A DNA stretch of 64,000 bases, from sequence record ON529851.1; one strand, written 5' to 3'. The notes under the pieces are model-generated. The model ran no database searches. It was not told the DNA's origin and was given only the letters and a program-made list of their open reading frames with translations. This document shows, piece by piece, positions 50,516 through 59,833 of the stretch (position 1 is the first letter of the stretch; every line of letters begins with the position of its first letter). Both the position numbers and the translations under genes were made by a program.

Positions 50516-51237
50516 CGATCAAATACAGCGCCAAGCTGCGCGAGGCGCTGAACGCGGCGATCGACGAGTTTACGGGCTCCGCGCCCCGAGCAACCGTCCC
50601 CGTCACGGATGCCACGCTCGCGATGCGCATGGCTTTACTAGGAGGCCCCATGACCAGCGCCGCCGTCCGACACGCCCTTCAGGCGGAGAAGGGTCACCAC
50701 GTTATGATGGCGCAGCTATCGGGCGACCACCGGCATGTGCCGCTCGCGCTGCTGGAACAGGTCGGGCGCAGCCTGGTGGTCACGCTGATCGAGCGCGCCG
50801 CTCGGCCTTCGACGTCGTCGCCGTCCGCCGCGTCCGTCCAACTATTGTCCGACGCCGCCCTTCTGACGGCCCGGTTGGATCGCGTGTCGGACGCCGCCTA
50901 TGACTTCGGCGCGCACGAATGTTCGAGCCGTGAGGGGGAGGCCACTGTGGATCGCCTGACCCGGCGCTTCGACGAGGAATCCCGAGGGCGGCCGCTCTCC
51001 AGCGCCTCCGTGGTCAAGCGGCTTTTCGAGCGCTTTGACGAGAACGTCTACAGCCTGCAATCGCTCGTCCTGGCGACCGCGAAGACCCAGAAGACCTGGG
51101 ATTTAAACGCCTGTCATGATTTCTATGGTCGGTATGAGCCTATCGTCGAGGCGGCGATGGACGCCGCGCTGATCCTGGAGGCCCATGCCGAGGACCGCAT
51201 CTTCGGGCCGCAGGAAGGGGACGCTGATGTCGCGTGA
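50512..51237 (+). CDS. hypothetical protein
   Basis: 241 aa; GTGA overlap. Confidence 0.6.
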   Translation: MTIKYSAKLREALNAAIDEFTGSAPRATVPVTDATLAMRMALLGGPMTSAAVRHALQAEKGHHVMMAQLSGDHRHVPLALLEQVGRSLVVTLIERAARPSTSSPSAASVQLLSDAALLTARLDRVSDAAYDFGAHECSSREGEATVDRLTRRFDEESRGRPLSSASVVKRLFERFDENVYSLQSLVLATAKTQKTWDLNACHDFYGRYEPIVEAAMDAALILEAHAEDRIFGPQEGDADVA

Positions 51238-51583
51238 AACCGAGACCCTGACGGCGGAAGACCTGGCCGACATCGCCGCCTTCGAGGCCCTGCCGCTGGA
51301 CGCCCAGCTTCTGTTCGGCATCTGGTTCGGGATGGGCCGCAAGGACGACTTCACCCTGCGGCACGGGCTCAAGGAATGGCGACCCACGCCGCGCACCCAG
51401 GCCGCGCTGGACGACCTGCTCGCCGCCGGGTTCATCGCGGTGGAGCAGGAGCCCAGCGGCGCCAAGGTCTATCGGATGCTGAAGGACTCCTACGCCGCGC
51501 TCCTGTGGGCCATGGCCTACATCGAGAAGGACGAGGAACAGCGCGCCGCCGCCAAATGGCGACTGATGGAGCCCGTCGCATGA
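51227..51583 (+). CDS. hypothetical protein
   Basis: ATG 51227. Confidence 0.55.
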   Translation: MSRETETLTAEDLADIAAFEALPLDAQLLFGIWFGMGRKDDFTLRHGLKEWRPTPRTQAALDDLLAAGFIAVEQEPSGAKVYRMLKDSYAALLWAMAYIEKDEEQRAAAKWRLMEPVA

Positions 51584-51814
51584 TCACTCGTGGGCTTCGC
51601 CCCCTCGTGACTGGCTGCGCCAGCCTACCTCCGGTCGGCCCATGAGCGACCTGTGGGGTTGGCTGCTGCTCGGCTCGGCCGTCTGGGCTCTGGCGATGAC
51701 GCTGTGGGCGCGGGGGCGTGCTCTACGCACCACGCCGAGACGGCGCGACGCCGGCCTTTCCCTGACGGTCCGCAACGGCTGCTTGAACACGGGGCGTCGC
51801 CCCGAGGAGACGAC

Positions 51815-52075
51815 ATGACTGACACGCCCCACAGAGACGACACGACCCACATGGACGACACGCCCGACATCCTGCCCGGCTACCAGGAGATGCTCCAGGC
51901 CATGGCGAAGCCGGGCGGCACGCTGCGGTGCACGGCGGGCCGCGTTCCTCAAGGCGTGCTGGAGATGGAGGGATATGGGCTGATGGAGGTGATCGATTTT
52001 TCGCCTGAAGCCGGCGACCCGACCTATGCGCTCACCAAGCGGGGGAAGGCCTATGTCCAACACCGCCTCGGCTGA
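51815..52075 (+). CDS. hypothetical protein
   Basis: ATG 51815 with GAGGAG RBS. Confidence 0.5.
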   Translation: MTDTPHRDDTTHMDDTPDILPGYQEMLQAMAKPGGTLRCTAGRVPQGVLEMEGYGLMEVIDFSPEAGDPTYALTKRGKAYVQHRLG

Positions 52076-52436
52076 ACCGGCCCAAACGATCGAGACGCTC
52101 AAGACGCTGCTGCACGCCCAGCGCGCCATCAGCAACGAGGTCATGGCCTTCCTTCTGGAGCCGGTCGGGCGCGACCGCCTGATCCTGTGCGACAAGGTCC
52201 ACCGGGCCGACGCGGAACTGCGCGTGGCGCTGCACGGCGGCGGATACGTCCGCAATCCCTGGCCCGAGGGCGGCTTCACGGCCGAGATGACACGCGACCG
52301 GCGCGCCCTGATCGACAAGATGCGCAAACGCGCGGACGCGCTGCGCAGCCTGTTCCTGCGTGACGACGCCGAACTGATGGACCAGGCGGCGCGCGAGATG
52401 GAATACGACCTGCTGGCCTGGGCGGCGCCGCGATGA
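52053..52436 (+). CDS. hypothetical protein
   Basis: ATG 52053 with GGAAGG RBS. Confidence 0.55.
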   Translation: MSNTASAEPAQTIETLKTLLHAQRAISNEVMAFLLEPVGRDRLILCDKVHRADAELRVALHGGGYVRNPWPEGGFTAEMTRDRRALIDKMRKRADALRSLFLRDDAELMDQAAREMEYDLLAWAAPR

Positions 52437-52567
52437 ACGGTCCACCCGAGCCGCCGCCGATGCAGGTCGTGGAGCGCGGTCTGATCGCGTCCTGGGCGAT
52501 CTGGCCTCTGATGATCCTGTTCGGCCTGGGCTTGGTCCTGATCCTGGTCGGCCTCGTCCTGGGTTAA
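52433..52567 (+). CDS. 44-aa single-TM protein (not in the ORF track)
   Basis: ATGA overlap; C-terminal hydrophobic helix. Confidence 0.45.
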   Translation: MNGPPEPPPMQVVERGLIASWAIWPLMILFGLGLVLILVGLVLG

Positions 52568-52755
52568 GGCGGCGACACGCGGTCCAGGCCGGCGTCGAGG
52601 TGGGCGAGCGCGCGCTGCACCCGGTTGGACAGGGCGCGCACCGGCGCGCGTTCTCCGGACGGGGTCTGCTGCCGCAGCGCGCCCAGATCATGCAGCAGGG
52701 CGTCAAGGCGGTCTGCGATGGCGTCGGCTTCGCCGATAAGGTCTTCGAGGGTCAT
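52564..52755 (-). CDS. lone counter-oriented helical-hairpin protein
   Basis: 63 aa heptad pattern; own promoter TTGACG-17-TAGGTC at 52830-52858. Confidence 0.5.
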   Translation of the reverse strand: MTLEDLIGEADAIADRLDALLHDLGALRQQTPSGERAPVRALSNRVQRALAHLDAGLDRVSPP

Positions 52756-52829
52756 GGACAGGGTTCCTGGGTTGGAGCCTGTCCAGGCGCCGGGATGAAG
52801 ACCCCTATCCAGGGGCCGAACGTGCCTCA

Positions 52830-52904
52830 GACCTAGCGTTGACCGCGCGCGGCGTCAAGCGCTGGCGTGAGATCGTTGACAGAACGAACTGATTCGTCTA
52901 CGCC
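52830..52904. promoter_or_regulatory. divergent promoter pair
   Basis: Minus TTGACG-17-TAGGTC; plus TTGACA-17-TACGCC (52876-52904). Confidence 0.5.
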
Positions 52905-52933
52905 GGTTCCTGACGAAGACGCAAGGAGGCCGC

Positions 52934-53236
52934 ATGTACGCCATCATCATGTCCGACGCCCGGACGATCGGCAAGAAGCCGGCGTTGAAGCTGGGCTGGG
53001 TGACCAAGTCCCTGCCGGACGGCGGCGTGCGCGCCAACGTCGCGCCGCTGACCTCGCTGCGCAATCCGAAGTGGTCCAAGACCACCCGCTACGTCCGGGG
53101 CAATCAGATCGCCCAGATGTTCGGCCCGAACGTCAAGCCGACGACCGCTGAGATCAAGGCGATCCGGGACCGGTTGAAGCCCTACCAGCCCCGTGCGGAG
53201 GGCTTCGCCGACATGGGACATTACGGCGGCGTTTGA
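52934..53236 (+). CDS. basic hypothetical protein
   Basis: 100 aa; AAGGAGG RBS. Confidence 0.65.
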   Translation: MYAIIMSDARTIGKKPALKLGWVTKSLPDGGVRANVAPLTSLRNPKWSKTTRYVRGNQIAQMFGPNVKPTTAEIKAIRDRLKPYQPRAEGFADMGHYGGV

Positions 53237-53305
53237 CTTGACGCCGTGAATCCTGACGGTTAATGACGCAGATAACGGCAATCACGCCGTCTTCATCATG
53301 CGCCG

Positions 53306-53339
53306 TTAACCATGTCTGTTAACCGGTGGTTAACCTTAA
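53306..53339. promoter_or_regulatory. CtrA-type box TTAA-N7-TTAA within a cluster of TTAA half-sites
   Basis: TTAA-CCGGTGG-TTAA at 53319-53333, extra TTAA at 53306 and 53336, in a 130-nt intergenic gap. Confidence 0.65.
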
Positions 53340-53366
53340 TGGTCCGGCGCCCACCAAGGATTCACT

Positions 53367-54755
53367 ATGCCTTTCGTTTTGATCGGAGGCGCCGTCTTTG
53401 GCGTCATTCTGGTGCTCGCCCTGCTGGTCGCGCTTATGCTGCGCCGCGTCGTTCCCACCAACATGGTCCACATCGTTCAGCGCGGTAAGACGACCATCTC
53501 CTACGGCAAGGGCAAGGAAGCCGGCAACGTCTACTACGAGTGGCCCCAGTCGGTGCCGGCGCTCGGCGTGACCGTGACCCGCTTCCCCGAGAGCGTCTTC
53601 GACGTCAGCCTGGCGAACTACGAAGCCTACGACATCGGCCGCCTGCCGTTCGTGGTCGACATCGTCGCCTTCTACCGCGTCGAGAACTCCGAGACCGCCG
53701 CCCAGCGCGTCGCCTCGTTCGATGAACTTCAGCAGCAACTTAAGTCGGTCCTCCAGGGCGCGGTGCGCACCATCCTGTCGACCAACAAGCTGGAAGAGAT
53801 CATGCAGGACCGGGCCAAGCTGGGCACCGAGTTCACCGCCGAGGTCAACCATCAGCTTCAGGAATGGGGCGTGACCACCGTCAAGTCCATCGAGTTCATG
53901 GACATCCGCGACAGCAGCGGCTCGAAGGTCATCGCCAACATGATGGCGAAGGAACAGTCGCGCATCGAGAAGGAAAGCCGCATCACCGTCGCGGAAAACC
54001 TGCGCGAAGCTGAACTGAAGGAAATCGACGCCGACCGCGTCGTCGAGGTCCAGAAGCAGGACGCCCAACAACAACTCGGCATCCGCACCGCCGAGAAGGA
54101 ACGCGCCGTTGGCATCGCCGATGAGCAGACGCGTCAGGAAGTCCTGCTGGAAAGCAAGCTGACCGCCGAGCGCCAGATGGACGTCCAGAAGATCAACGAC
54201 GTGAAGACGGCCGAGATCGCCAAGGACGTCGCGATCGTCAAGGCCGAGCAGGACCGCGAAGTCCTGGTGGTCAAGTCGGAAGCCGAGAAGCGCCAGACCG
54301 TCATCGCGGCCGAGGCGCAGAAGGAGCGCACCGAAGTCGTCGCCCAGGGCGATCTCGCGGCGGCCCAGAACCAGGCCCAGGGCCTGCAAGCCATCGGCGA
54401 GGCCAAGGCCAAGGCGGAAGAAGCCATCCTGATGGCGCCGGTCACCGCCCAGATCACCCTCGCCAAGGAGATCGGCGAGAACCAGCCCTACCAGCAGTAT
54501 CTGATCACGGTCGAGCAGATCAAGGCGGGCCAGGCGGTCGGCACCGAGATGGCCCAGGCCCTGAAGAGCGCCGACCTCAAGGTCATCGCCAACGCGGGCG
54601 ACGTCCAGTCGGGCGTGGCGTCGCTGGGCGGCATCCTGTCCCCGGCGGGCGGCACCGCCATCGCCGGCGCCCTGTCGGCGCTGTCGCAACTGCCCGAGGG
54701 TAAGGCCCTGGTGGAGCGTCTCACCGGCGTCGACAAGGCGGCGAGCGCCGGTTGA
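53367..54755 (+). CDS. SPFH/band-7 flotillin-like membrane protein
   Basis: N-terminal TM, SPFH core (VDIVAFYRV..AAQR..L.SVLQGAVR..LEEIMQDR..EF..L..WG..I.DI.D), long AE-rich coiled coil. Confidence 0.88.
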   Translation: MPFVLIGGAVFGVILVLALLVALMLRRVVPTNMVHIVQRGKTTISYGKGKEAGNVYYEWPQSVPALGVTVTRFPESVFDVSLANYEAYDIGRLPFVVDIVAFYRVENSETAAQRVASFDELQQQLKSVLQGAVRTILSTNKLEEIMQDRAKLGTEFTAEVNHQLQEWGVTTVKSIEFMDIRDSSGSKVIANMMAKEQSRIEKESRITVAENLREAELKEIDADRVVEVQKQDAQQQLGIRTAEKERAVGIADEQTRQEVLLESKLTAERQMDVQKINDVKTAEIAKDVAIVKAEQDREVLVVKSEAEKRQTVIAAEAQKERTEVVAQGDLAAAQNQAQGLQAIGEAKAKAEEAILMAPVTAQITLAKEIGENQPYQQYLITVEQIKAGQAVGTEMAQALKSADLKVIANAGDVQSGVASLGGILSPAGGTAIAGALSALSQLPEGKALVERLTGVDKAASAG

Positions 54756-54777
54756 CGTCCGACGCCTGAGCGTGATG

Positions 54778-54808
54778 AAAACGGCCGGTCAAACGACCGG
54801 CCGTTTTT
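54778..54808. terminator. intrinsic terminator, potentially bidirectional
   Basis: AAAACGGCCGGTC-AAAC-GACCGGCCGTTTTT. Confidence 0.85.
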
Positions 54809-54814
54809 GTCGGT

Positions 54815-54849
54815 GAGGGTTGACAGACAGCATTCCTGACAGGTAGTGA
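54815..54849 (+). promoter_or_regulatory. promoter upstream of the NAD-salvage operon
   Basis: GAGGG TTGACA-17/18 nt-(G)TAGTG. Confidence 0.55.
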
Positions 54850-54857
54850 CAATCGCG

Positions 54858-55271
54858 ATGACATTCGTTGCTGACCCCCTGGAACCGGCGATCTCCACCA
54901 CACACGCTGGTGGAACGCTGCGCGAGACCCTGCCGACGGTCTTTCGGTTGACCTGGCTGGACCATGCGTATCACGACGCGCCCGAAGGTGCGGAGATCGC
55001 CTCCTATCACAGGGCGCGCGACTTCAAACACCTGGGCGGCGCGATCGCCTGGGCGCGGCGACGGATTTTCCATGGGGAGGCGTTCGGCGACGTCATCGAA
55101 CTGGTTCGTGTGGACCGACGCCGCATCAACGGCGTCTACGCCGAGGAGCCTTACGAGGCGCGCGACATCACCCTGGCGGGGTTCCTGCCCTGGGAACAGA
55201 CAAGAAACTGGAGCGGAAGCCACACCGAGGTGGTCCTTTCGCATCCCCACAAGAGGTGTATCTGGGAATGA
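54858..55271 (+). CDS. hypothetical protein
   Basis: ATG 54858; ATGA overlap with the next gene. Confidence 0.55.
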   Translation: MTFVADPLEPAISTTHAGGTLRETLPTVFRLTWLDHAYHDAPEGAEIASYHRARDFKHLGGAIAWARRRIFHGEAFGDVIELVRVDRRRINGVYAEEPYEARDITLAGFLPWEQTRNWSGSHTEVVLSHPHKRCIWE

Positions 55272-56380
55272 CCATTCGAGGCCTGAAGAAGAAACCCGAC
55301 GTGATGGTCTTCATCGGTCGTTTCCAGCCGCTCCATAACGGGCACCTGGACGTGATCGCGCAGGCCCTCGCGGCCGCCGAACGGCTGATCATCCTGGTGG
55401 GCTCGGCCAACCTGGCGCGCGACACCCGCAACCCCTTCACCTACGAAGAACGCGCCGCCCTGATTCGCACCGCGATCGAGCAGAAGTTCGGCGCCGAGAC
55501 GGCCGCCCGCGTGGTGGTCTGCCCCGTGCCTGACAGCCCCTACGATCTCCAGGAATGGATCGAGACCGTCCAGATGACGGTCAAGTTGAACACCGTGCCG
55601 TTCGTGCGCCCGACGATCAACCTGACTGGACACGACCGCGACGAGACCTCCTTCTATCTGAAGCTGTTCCCGCAGTGGCCCTACGCCGGGGCTGAAGGCG
55701 CCACCGACCTCAACGCCTCGGCCCTGCGCGCCGACTACTTCAACGGCGGCGTCGACCTCTTCAACAACGCCTGGCGCGACAGCGGCCCGGTCTGGCCGAC
55801 GGTGGCGCCCCCGGCGACCCTCGCCTTCCTCCAGGCCTTCCGCGATCGCCCCGTATACGCGCGCCTGATGCGCGAACTCAAGGCCGAACGCGCCTACAAG
55901 GCCAAGTACGGCCCCGGCCCTCACGTCACCCTCGACGCGGTGGTGATCCAGTCGGGCCACGTCCTGGTCGGGCGGCGCAAGGGCGAATACGGTCACGGCA
56001 TGCTGGCCCTGCCGGGCGGCTTCCTGGAGGTCAAGCGCAACGAAACCCTGCTGGAAGGCGCCGAGCGCGAGTGCTTCGAGGAGACCGGGCTGTTCAACCA
56101 CTTCGGCCCCGACAACCTGATCACTGATGAACGCCGGCGCATGCTGCACACCCACCTGCGCGGGACAGACGTCTTCGGGGACCCGAACCGCTCGCGGCGC
56201 GGCCGCCTGATCACCCACGCCCACCTGTTCAAGCTGCCGGACGACTACACCCTGCCGCCGGTCGAGCCCTGGGACGATCTGGAAGACGTGCACTGGATGC
56301 CGATCTCGGACGTCCGCGCCGACGAGTTCTTCGAGGATCACGCCTTCATCATCGAAAAGATGATCCGGCAGTTCCTGTAA
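55268..56380 (+). CDS. nadM: bifunctional NMN adenylyltransferase / Nudix hydrolase (NadM-Nudix)
   Basis: FIGRFQPLHNGH, GSAN..RNPFT..ER, GHDRD.TSFYL.LFP, Nudix box LPGGF..E..AEREC.EETG, FFEDH..II. Confidence 0.92.
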   Translation: MTIRGLKKKPDVMVFIGRFQPLHNGHLDVIAQALAAAERLIILVGSANLARDTRNPFTYEERAALIRTAIEQKFGAETAARVVVCPVPDSPYDLQEWIETVQMTVKLNTVPFVRPTINLTGHDRDETSFYLKLFPQWPYAGAEGATDLNASALRADYFNGGVDLFNNAWRDSGPVWPTVAPPATLAFLQAFRDRPVYARLMRELKAERAYKAKYGPGPHVTLDAVVIQSGHVLVGRRKGEYGHGMLALPGGFLEVKRNETLLEGAERECFEETGLFNHFGPDNLITDERRRMLHTHLRGTDVFGDPNRSRRGRLITHAHLFKLPDDYTLPPVEPWDDLEDVHWMPISDVRADEFFEDHAFIIEKMIRQFL

Positions 56381-56413
56381 ACCCAACCACACTCACACGA
56401 GGGGGAAATCTCC

Positions 56414-57841
56414 ATGGTCATTCGCGACACTGACGATCTGCCGAACCATCTGGCGCCGCTGCCTTACAACCTGATCGCCGACACCGACAGCTACAAGCTG
56501 GGGCACTGGACGCTGTATCGGAAGGGCACGACCACCGTCTACAGCTACATCGAGCCGCGCGGCGGGCGCTACCCGGTGGTGATGTTCGCCGGGCTCCAGA
56601 AGCTGCTCTACGAGAAGCTGGGTCAGCCCATCACCCGCGACCAGATCGAGGAGATGGCGAAGTTCGTGCCCGCGCACGGCTTCGAGTTCAACCGCGACGG
56701 CTGGGAGATCATCCTGAACGAGTACGGCGGCCGTCTGCCGCTGCTGATCAAGGCCGTGCCCGAGGGTCTGGTCCTGCCGGTGAAGAACGCCCTGTTCACC
56801 ATCGAGAACCTGGACCCGCGTCTGCCCTGGCTGACCTCCTACCTGGAGACGATGATCCTGCGCGACCTGTGGACCTCGTGCACCATCGCCACGCGCATCT
56901 TCCTGATGACGCAACGCATCAAGGCGCACTGGGAGCAGAACTCGGACAACCCGATGAGCCCCTTCGCCCTGCTCGACTTCTCGTCGCGCGGCACCATGGG
57001 CTACGACCACTCGGTCATGGGCGGCATCGCCTACCTGTTCCACTACATGGGCTCGGACAACGTGCCGGCCGTGCGTGAAGCCAACTACTACTACTTCGAG
57101 GAGATGTCGGCCCACTCGGTGCTGGCCGCCGAGCACTCGATCTCCTGCTCCTTCGGGCGCGACAACGACGACGACTACATCCGCAACTCGCTGGAAGTCG
57201 CCAAGCCGAACTCGCCGCTGTCGCTGGTCGGCGACACCTGGAACATCTTCAAGTTCGCCGAGAAGGTCGTCGCCAACCACAAGGACCTGATCATCAACAA
57301 GGGGATCAAGTTCATCGCCCGCCCGGATTCCGGCGAGATCGTCGACGTCCTGCCGCCGGTGTTCACCACCCTGGCGCAGGGCTTCGGCACGGACCGCAAC
57401 TCCAAGGGTAAGGACGTCATCCGCTACGGCGCCGCCGTTCTGCAAGGCGACGGCATGAACGAGCACACCCACATGGTGCCGTTCCAGGTCGCCGACGCCC
57501 TGGGCCTGGCCCCGGACAGCGTGGTCACGGCGGCCGGCGGCGGCCTGATGACGGCTGACCTCGACCGCGACACCATGAAGTGGGCGATGAAGGCTTCCGA
57601 GATGGTGATCGACGGCGAGCGCGTCGACATCTTCAAGGACCCGATCACCGATCCGGGCAAACAGTCCAAGCGCGGCCGCTTCGCCCTGGTGCGCGATGAA
57701 GACGGCGCGTTCGCCACCATCAACCGCATCAACGACGCCGAGGACCGCGCCGACCTGCTGGAGCCGCGCTTCCACAAGGGCGACGTGATCAACGCCACCA
57801 CCCTGGCCCAGGTGCGCGAGCGCGTCTCGGCCCAACTGTAA
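56414..57841 (+). CDS. nadV: nicotinamide phosphoribosyltransferase (NAMPT)
   Basis: DTDSYKLGH, YSYIEPRGG, SYLET..LR, DF.SRG, AAEHS, S.V.DTW, RPDSG, QGDG, KWAMKAS, KDPITDPGK.SKRGR. Confidence 0.93.
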   Translation: MVIRDTDDLPNHLAPLPYNLIADTDSYKLGHWTLYRKGTTTVYSYIEPRGGRYPVVMFAGLQKLLYEKLGQPITRDQIEEMAKFVPAHGFEFNRDGWEIILNEYGGRLPLLIKAVPEGLVLPVKNALFTIENLDPRLPWLTSYLETMILRDLWTSCTIATRIFLMTQRIKAHWEQNSDNPMSPFALLDFSSRGTMGYDHSVMGGIAYLFHYMGSDNVPAVREANYYYFEEMSAHSVLAAEHSISCSFGRDNDDDYIRNSLEVAKPNSPLSLVGDTWNIFKFAEKVVANHKDLIINKGIKFIARPDSGEIVDVLPPVFTTLAQGFGTDRNSKGKDVIRYGAAVLQGDGMNEHTHMVPFQVADALGLAPDSVVTAAGGGLMTADLDRDTMKWAMKASEMVIDGERVDIFKDPITDPGKQSKRGRFALVRDEDGAFATINRINDAEDRADLLEPRFHKGDVINATTLAQVRERVSAQL

Positions 57842-57852
57842 GGACCCTCCCC

Positions 57853-58218
57853 TTGACCAATATGATTCTCGAAGGCTCGGCCTCCACCCACCAGACCCCG
57901 CTGGCGCCCAACCGCGCCGTCTGGATCGTGGACGCCGAAGCCAAGACCGCGACCGCCGAACTCCTCGGCGGGCGGGCGGTGATCACCCGCCGCGCCAAGG
58001 ACAACACCCTGCGCGGCGTCTTCACCCTGCCGTTGGAGATGGGCGGCCTGGAGCAGTCCTTCTCCCTGGCGGACTGCGCCTCCGTCTACCTGGCGCAACA
58101 GCGCGCCGAGACGCTGATCCGTGAGACGATGAACAAGACCCACCCGGTCATGTACGCCGACCTCGCCAAGGCCGAGATCGAAAAGGCCAACGCCGAAGCC
58201 GGTCCGGACCCGTTCTGA
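57853..58218 (+). CDS. hypothetical protein
   Basis: 121 aa; AAGGA RBS with TTG start. Confidence 0.55.
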   Translation: MTNMILEGSASTHQTPLAPNRAVWIVDAEAKTATAELLGGRAVITRRAKDNTLRGVFTLPLEMGGLEQSFSLADCASVYLAQQRAETLIRETMNKTHPVMYADLAKAEIEKANAEAGPDPF

Positions 58219-58223
58219 TCTGA

Positions 58224-58250
58224 AGGCGGGCGGTTTTGCGCCGCCCGCCT
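58224..58250 (+). other. stem-loop
   Basis: AGGCGGGCGG / CCGCCCGCCT. Confidence 0.45.
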
Positions 58251-58266
58251 CTCCTATGAGGCGCCC

Positions 58267-58587
58267 ATGCGCACCCTGTTCGTTTGCGGCCTCGCCGCCC
58301 TGGCCCTGGCGGGCTGCCGTGAAACGTCGGCGGCCGAACGCCGCGCGACGTCTGAAGCCCGATCGGCGGGTGCTGCGCTGAGAGACGCGCAGGCGCAGCG
58401 GCTGGAGGCCGAGCGCGCCTACTACAAGACCATGACGCTGGTGCGGGTCTGCGCTGGCGGCGCCTCCACCGCCTATGTGCACCAGGCGGTCGATGGGCGT
58501 CTGTGGCTGTCGCCCTATATGAACGCGTCTTCTCCGGACAACTTCTACCCGATCGCGGCGGCGGTCCGCATCGGCGAGGTCTGCTGA
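58267..58587 (+). CDS. putative lipoprotein
   Basis: Lipobox LAGC. Confidence 0.7.
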   Translation: MRTLFVCGLAALALAGCRETSAAERRATSEARSAGAALRDAQAQRLEAERAYYKTMTLVRVCAGGASTAYVHQAVDGRLWLSPYMNASSPDNFYPIAAAVRIGEVC

Positions 58588-58877
58588 TGGCGTTGCCCGG
58601 CACGCCTGAACAACGGCTCGCCCGTGCGCGGCTGCTCAACTACATGACCGACGACAGTCTCGACGGCTACCCCATCGACAACAACATGCGCTTCCAGGCC
58701 CAGATGTTCAGTCTCGACTACGGCTGGGTCAATCTGTGGGGACTGGGCGGCGAATACCGCGCCGACGACGCCGCCAGACTGGTCCCGGTGTGCGAGGAGT
58801 TCGCCCAGGCGCGGGGCGTGCGGACACGCATCATTGAACTTGTCCCTTCCCTTTACAGGATTTTCGAGCCCGAATGA
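58587..58877 (+). CDS. hypothetical protein
   Basis: TGATG coupling. Confidence 0.55.
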   Translation: MALPGTPEQRLARARLLNYMTDDSLDGYPIDNNMRFQAQMFSLDYGWVNLWGLGGEYRADDAARLVPVCEEFAQARGVRTRIIELVPSLYRIFEPE

Positions 58878-59164
58878 CTCGTTTCACCGCCCAGATCGAC
58901 GCCGAGTTCGACGTCGAGATTGATGAGAGCAAGGTCACGCCCGAGGTGCTGGAGGAGTTCAGCGCCTACATCACCTATGTCGGCAGCGTCGAGGACCTGG
59001 TCGAGTACCTGGCGAACCTCTATGCGCGCGGCGTCATCGACGGCTCCGACCGGATGATCGAAGGCCTGGGGCGCCCGGAAGAGTTCGGCCTGAAGTTCGT
59101 CGGCTCGCACGGGGCCACGGACTTCGGCATGAACAACGTCAACGTCTTCATCGCCCGCGCCTGA
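58874..59164 (+). CDS. acidic hypothetical protein
   Basis: 96 aa; ATGA overlap. Confidence 0.6.
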   Translation: MTRFTAQIDAEFDVEIDESKVTPEVLEEFSAYITYVGSVEDLVEYLANLYARGVIDGSDRMIEGLGRPEEFGLKFVGSHGATDFGMNNVNVFIARA

Positions 59165-59165
59165 T

Positions 59166-59360
59166 ATGGCCTCGATCCGAGAACGCTACGCCCGCATCAC
59201 CAAACGCGGCAAGGCCGACATCGCCGCCTGGAAGGCGTCGCTGGAGAAGGCGGTCGCCCTGGGCGTGGCCGGCGCGGCGGAAGAACTGCGCCTGTTGAAT
59301 CACTACGAAGCCCGCGCCCGACGCGACTATCGCGCGGCGCCCAAGCGCAAGGCCGCCTGA
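59166..59360 (+). CDS. basic hypothetical protein
   Basis: 64 aa; coupled. Confidence 0.55.
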   Translation: MASIRERYARITKRGKADIAAWKASLEKAVALGVAGAAEELRLLNHYEARARRDYRAAPKRKAA

Positions 59361-59833
59361 TGTTCCAGCCCATCTACACCGACGAATCCCAGATCGCACA
59401 CTACCCCGAGGACGTGCAGACGCTCATTCGCGGGCTCCAGACCAAGCTGGACGAGCGCTGGCGCTTCGTCATGGAGCAGTATTCGCACAGCGAGACGCTC
59501 GACAGCGGGGCGGTGGTCCACCTGTCCAAAGACGGCGCCTATATGCAGGAGCAGGTCGGCTACTTCTTCAGTCTGTCCTACGCCGCCTGGCTCTGCCTGC
59601 CGCGCCTGGCCCTTCAGGAGATGCCGCTGGACTGGCAGGCGCGCTTCGTCGCCCTGATGGAAGAGGGCTATGCGCGTGGTCTGACGGGACCCGACAACGT
59701 CTCGGTGGTGCGCAAGAAGGGCGGCAAGTTCGTCAACAACGATCACTGGAACAACTACCGACGCGGCACCGTGCGCCACGCCAAGGCGCGCGACGCCGAA
59801 CTCGGTATTGAGGATTGGACCGACGATGTCTGA
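59360..59833 (+). CDS. conserved phage hypothetical protein
   Basis: YF.LSYAAWL.LPR..LQ.MP..WQ.RFV.L.EE. Confidence 0.65.
   Translation: MFQPIYTDESQIAHYPEDVQTLIRGLQTKLDERWRFVMEQYSHSETLDSGAVVHLSKDGAYMQEQVGYFFSLSYAAWLCLPRLALQEMPLDWQARFVALMEEGYARGLTGPDNVSVVRKKGGKFVNNDHWNNYRRGTVRHAKARDAELGIEDWTDDV

Noticed and set aside
24579-52858. TGAC..GTCA palindromes overlapping several -35 elements (24579, 25745, 27330, 43622, 52838)
   Set aside because: Spacing between the half-sites varies from 1 to about 10 nt, so it does not fit one operator.
54826-54842. ATTCCTGACA as a twelfth copy of the TTCCTTTACA box
   Set aside because: It differs from the box by a substitution plus a missing base, and sits at a different distance from the -35.
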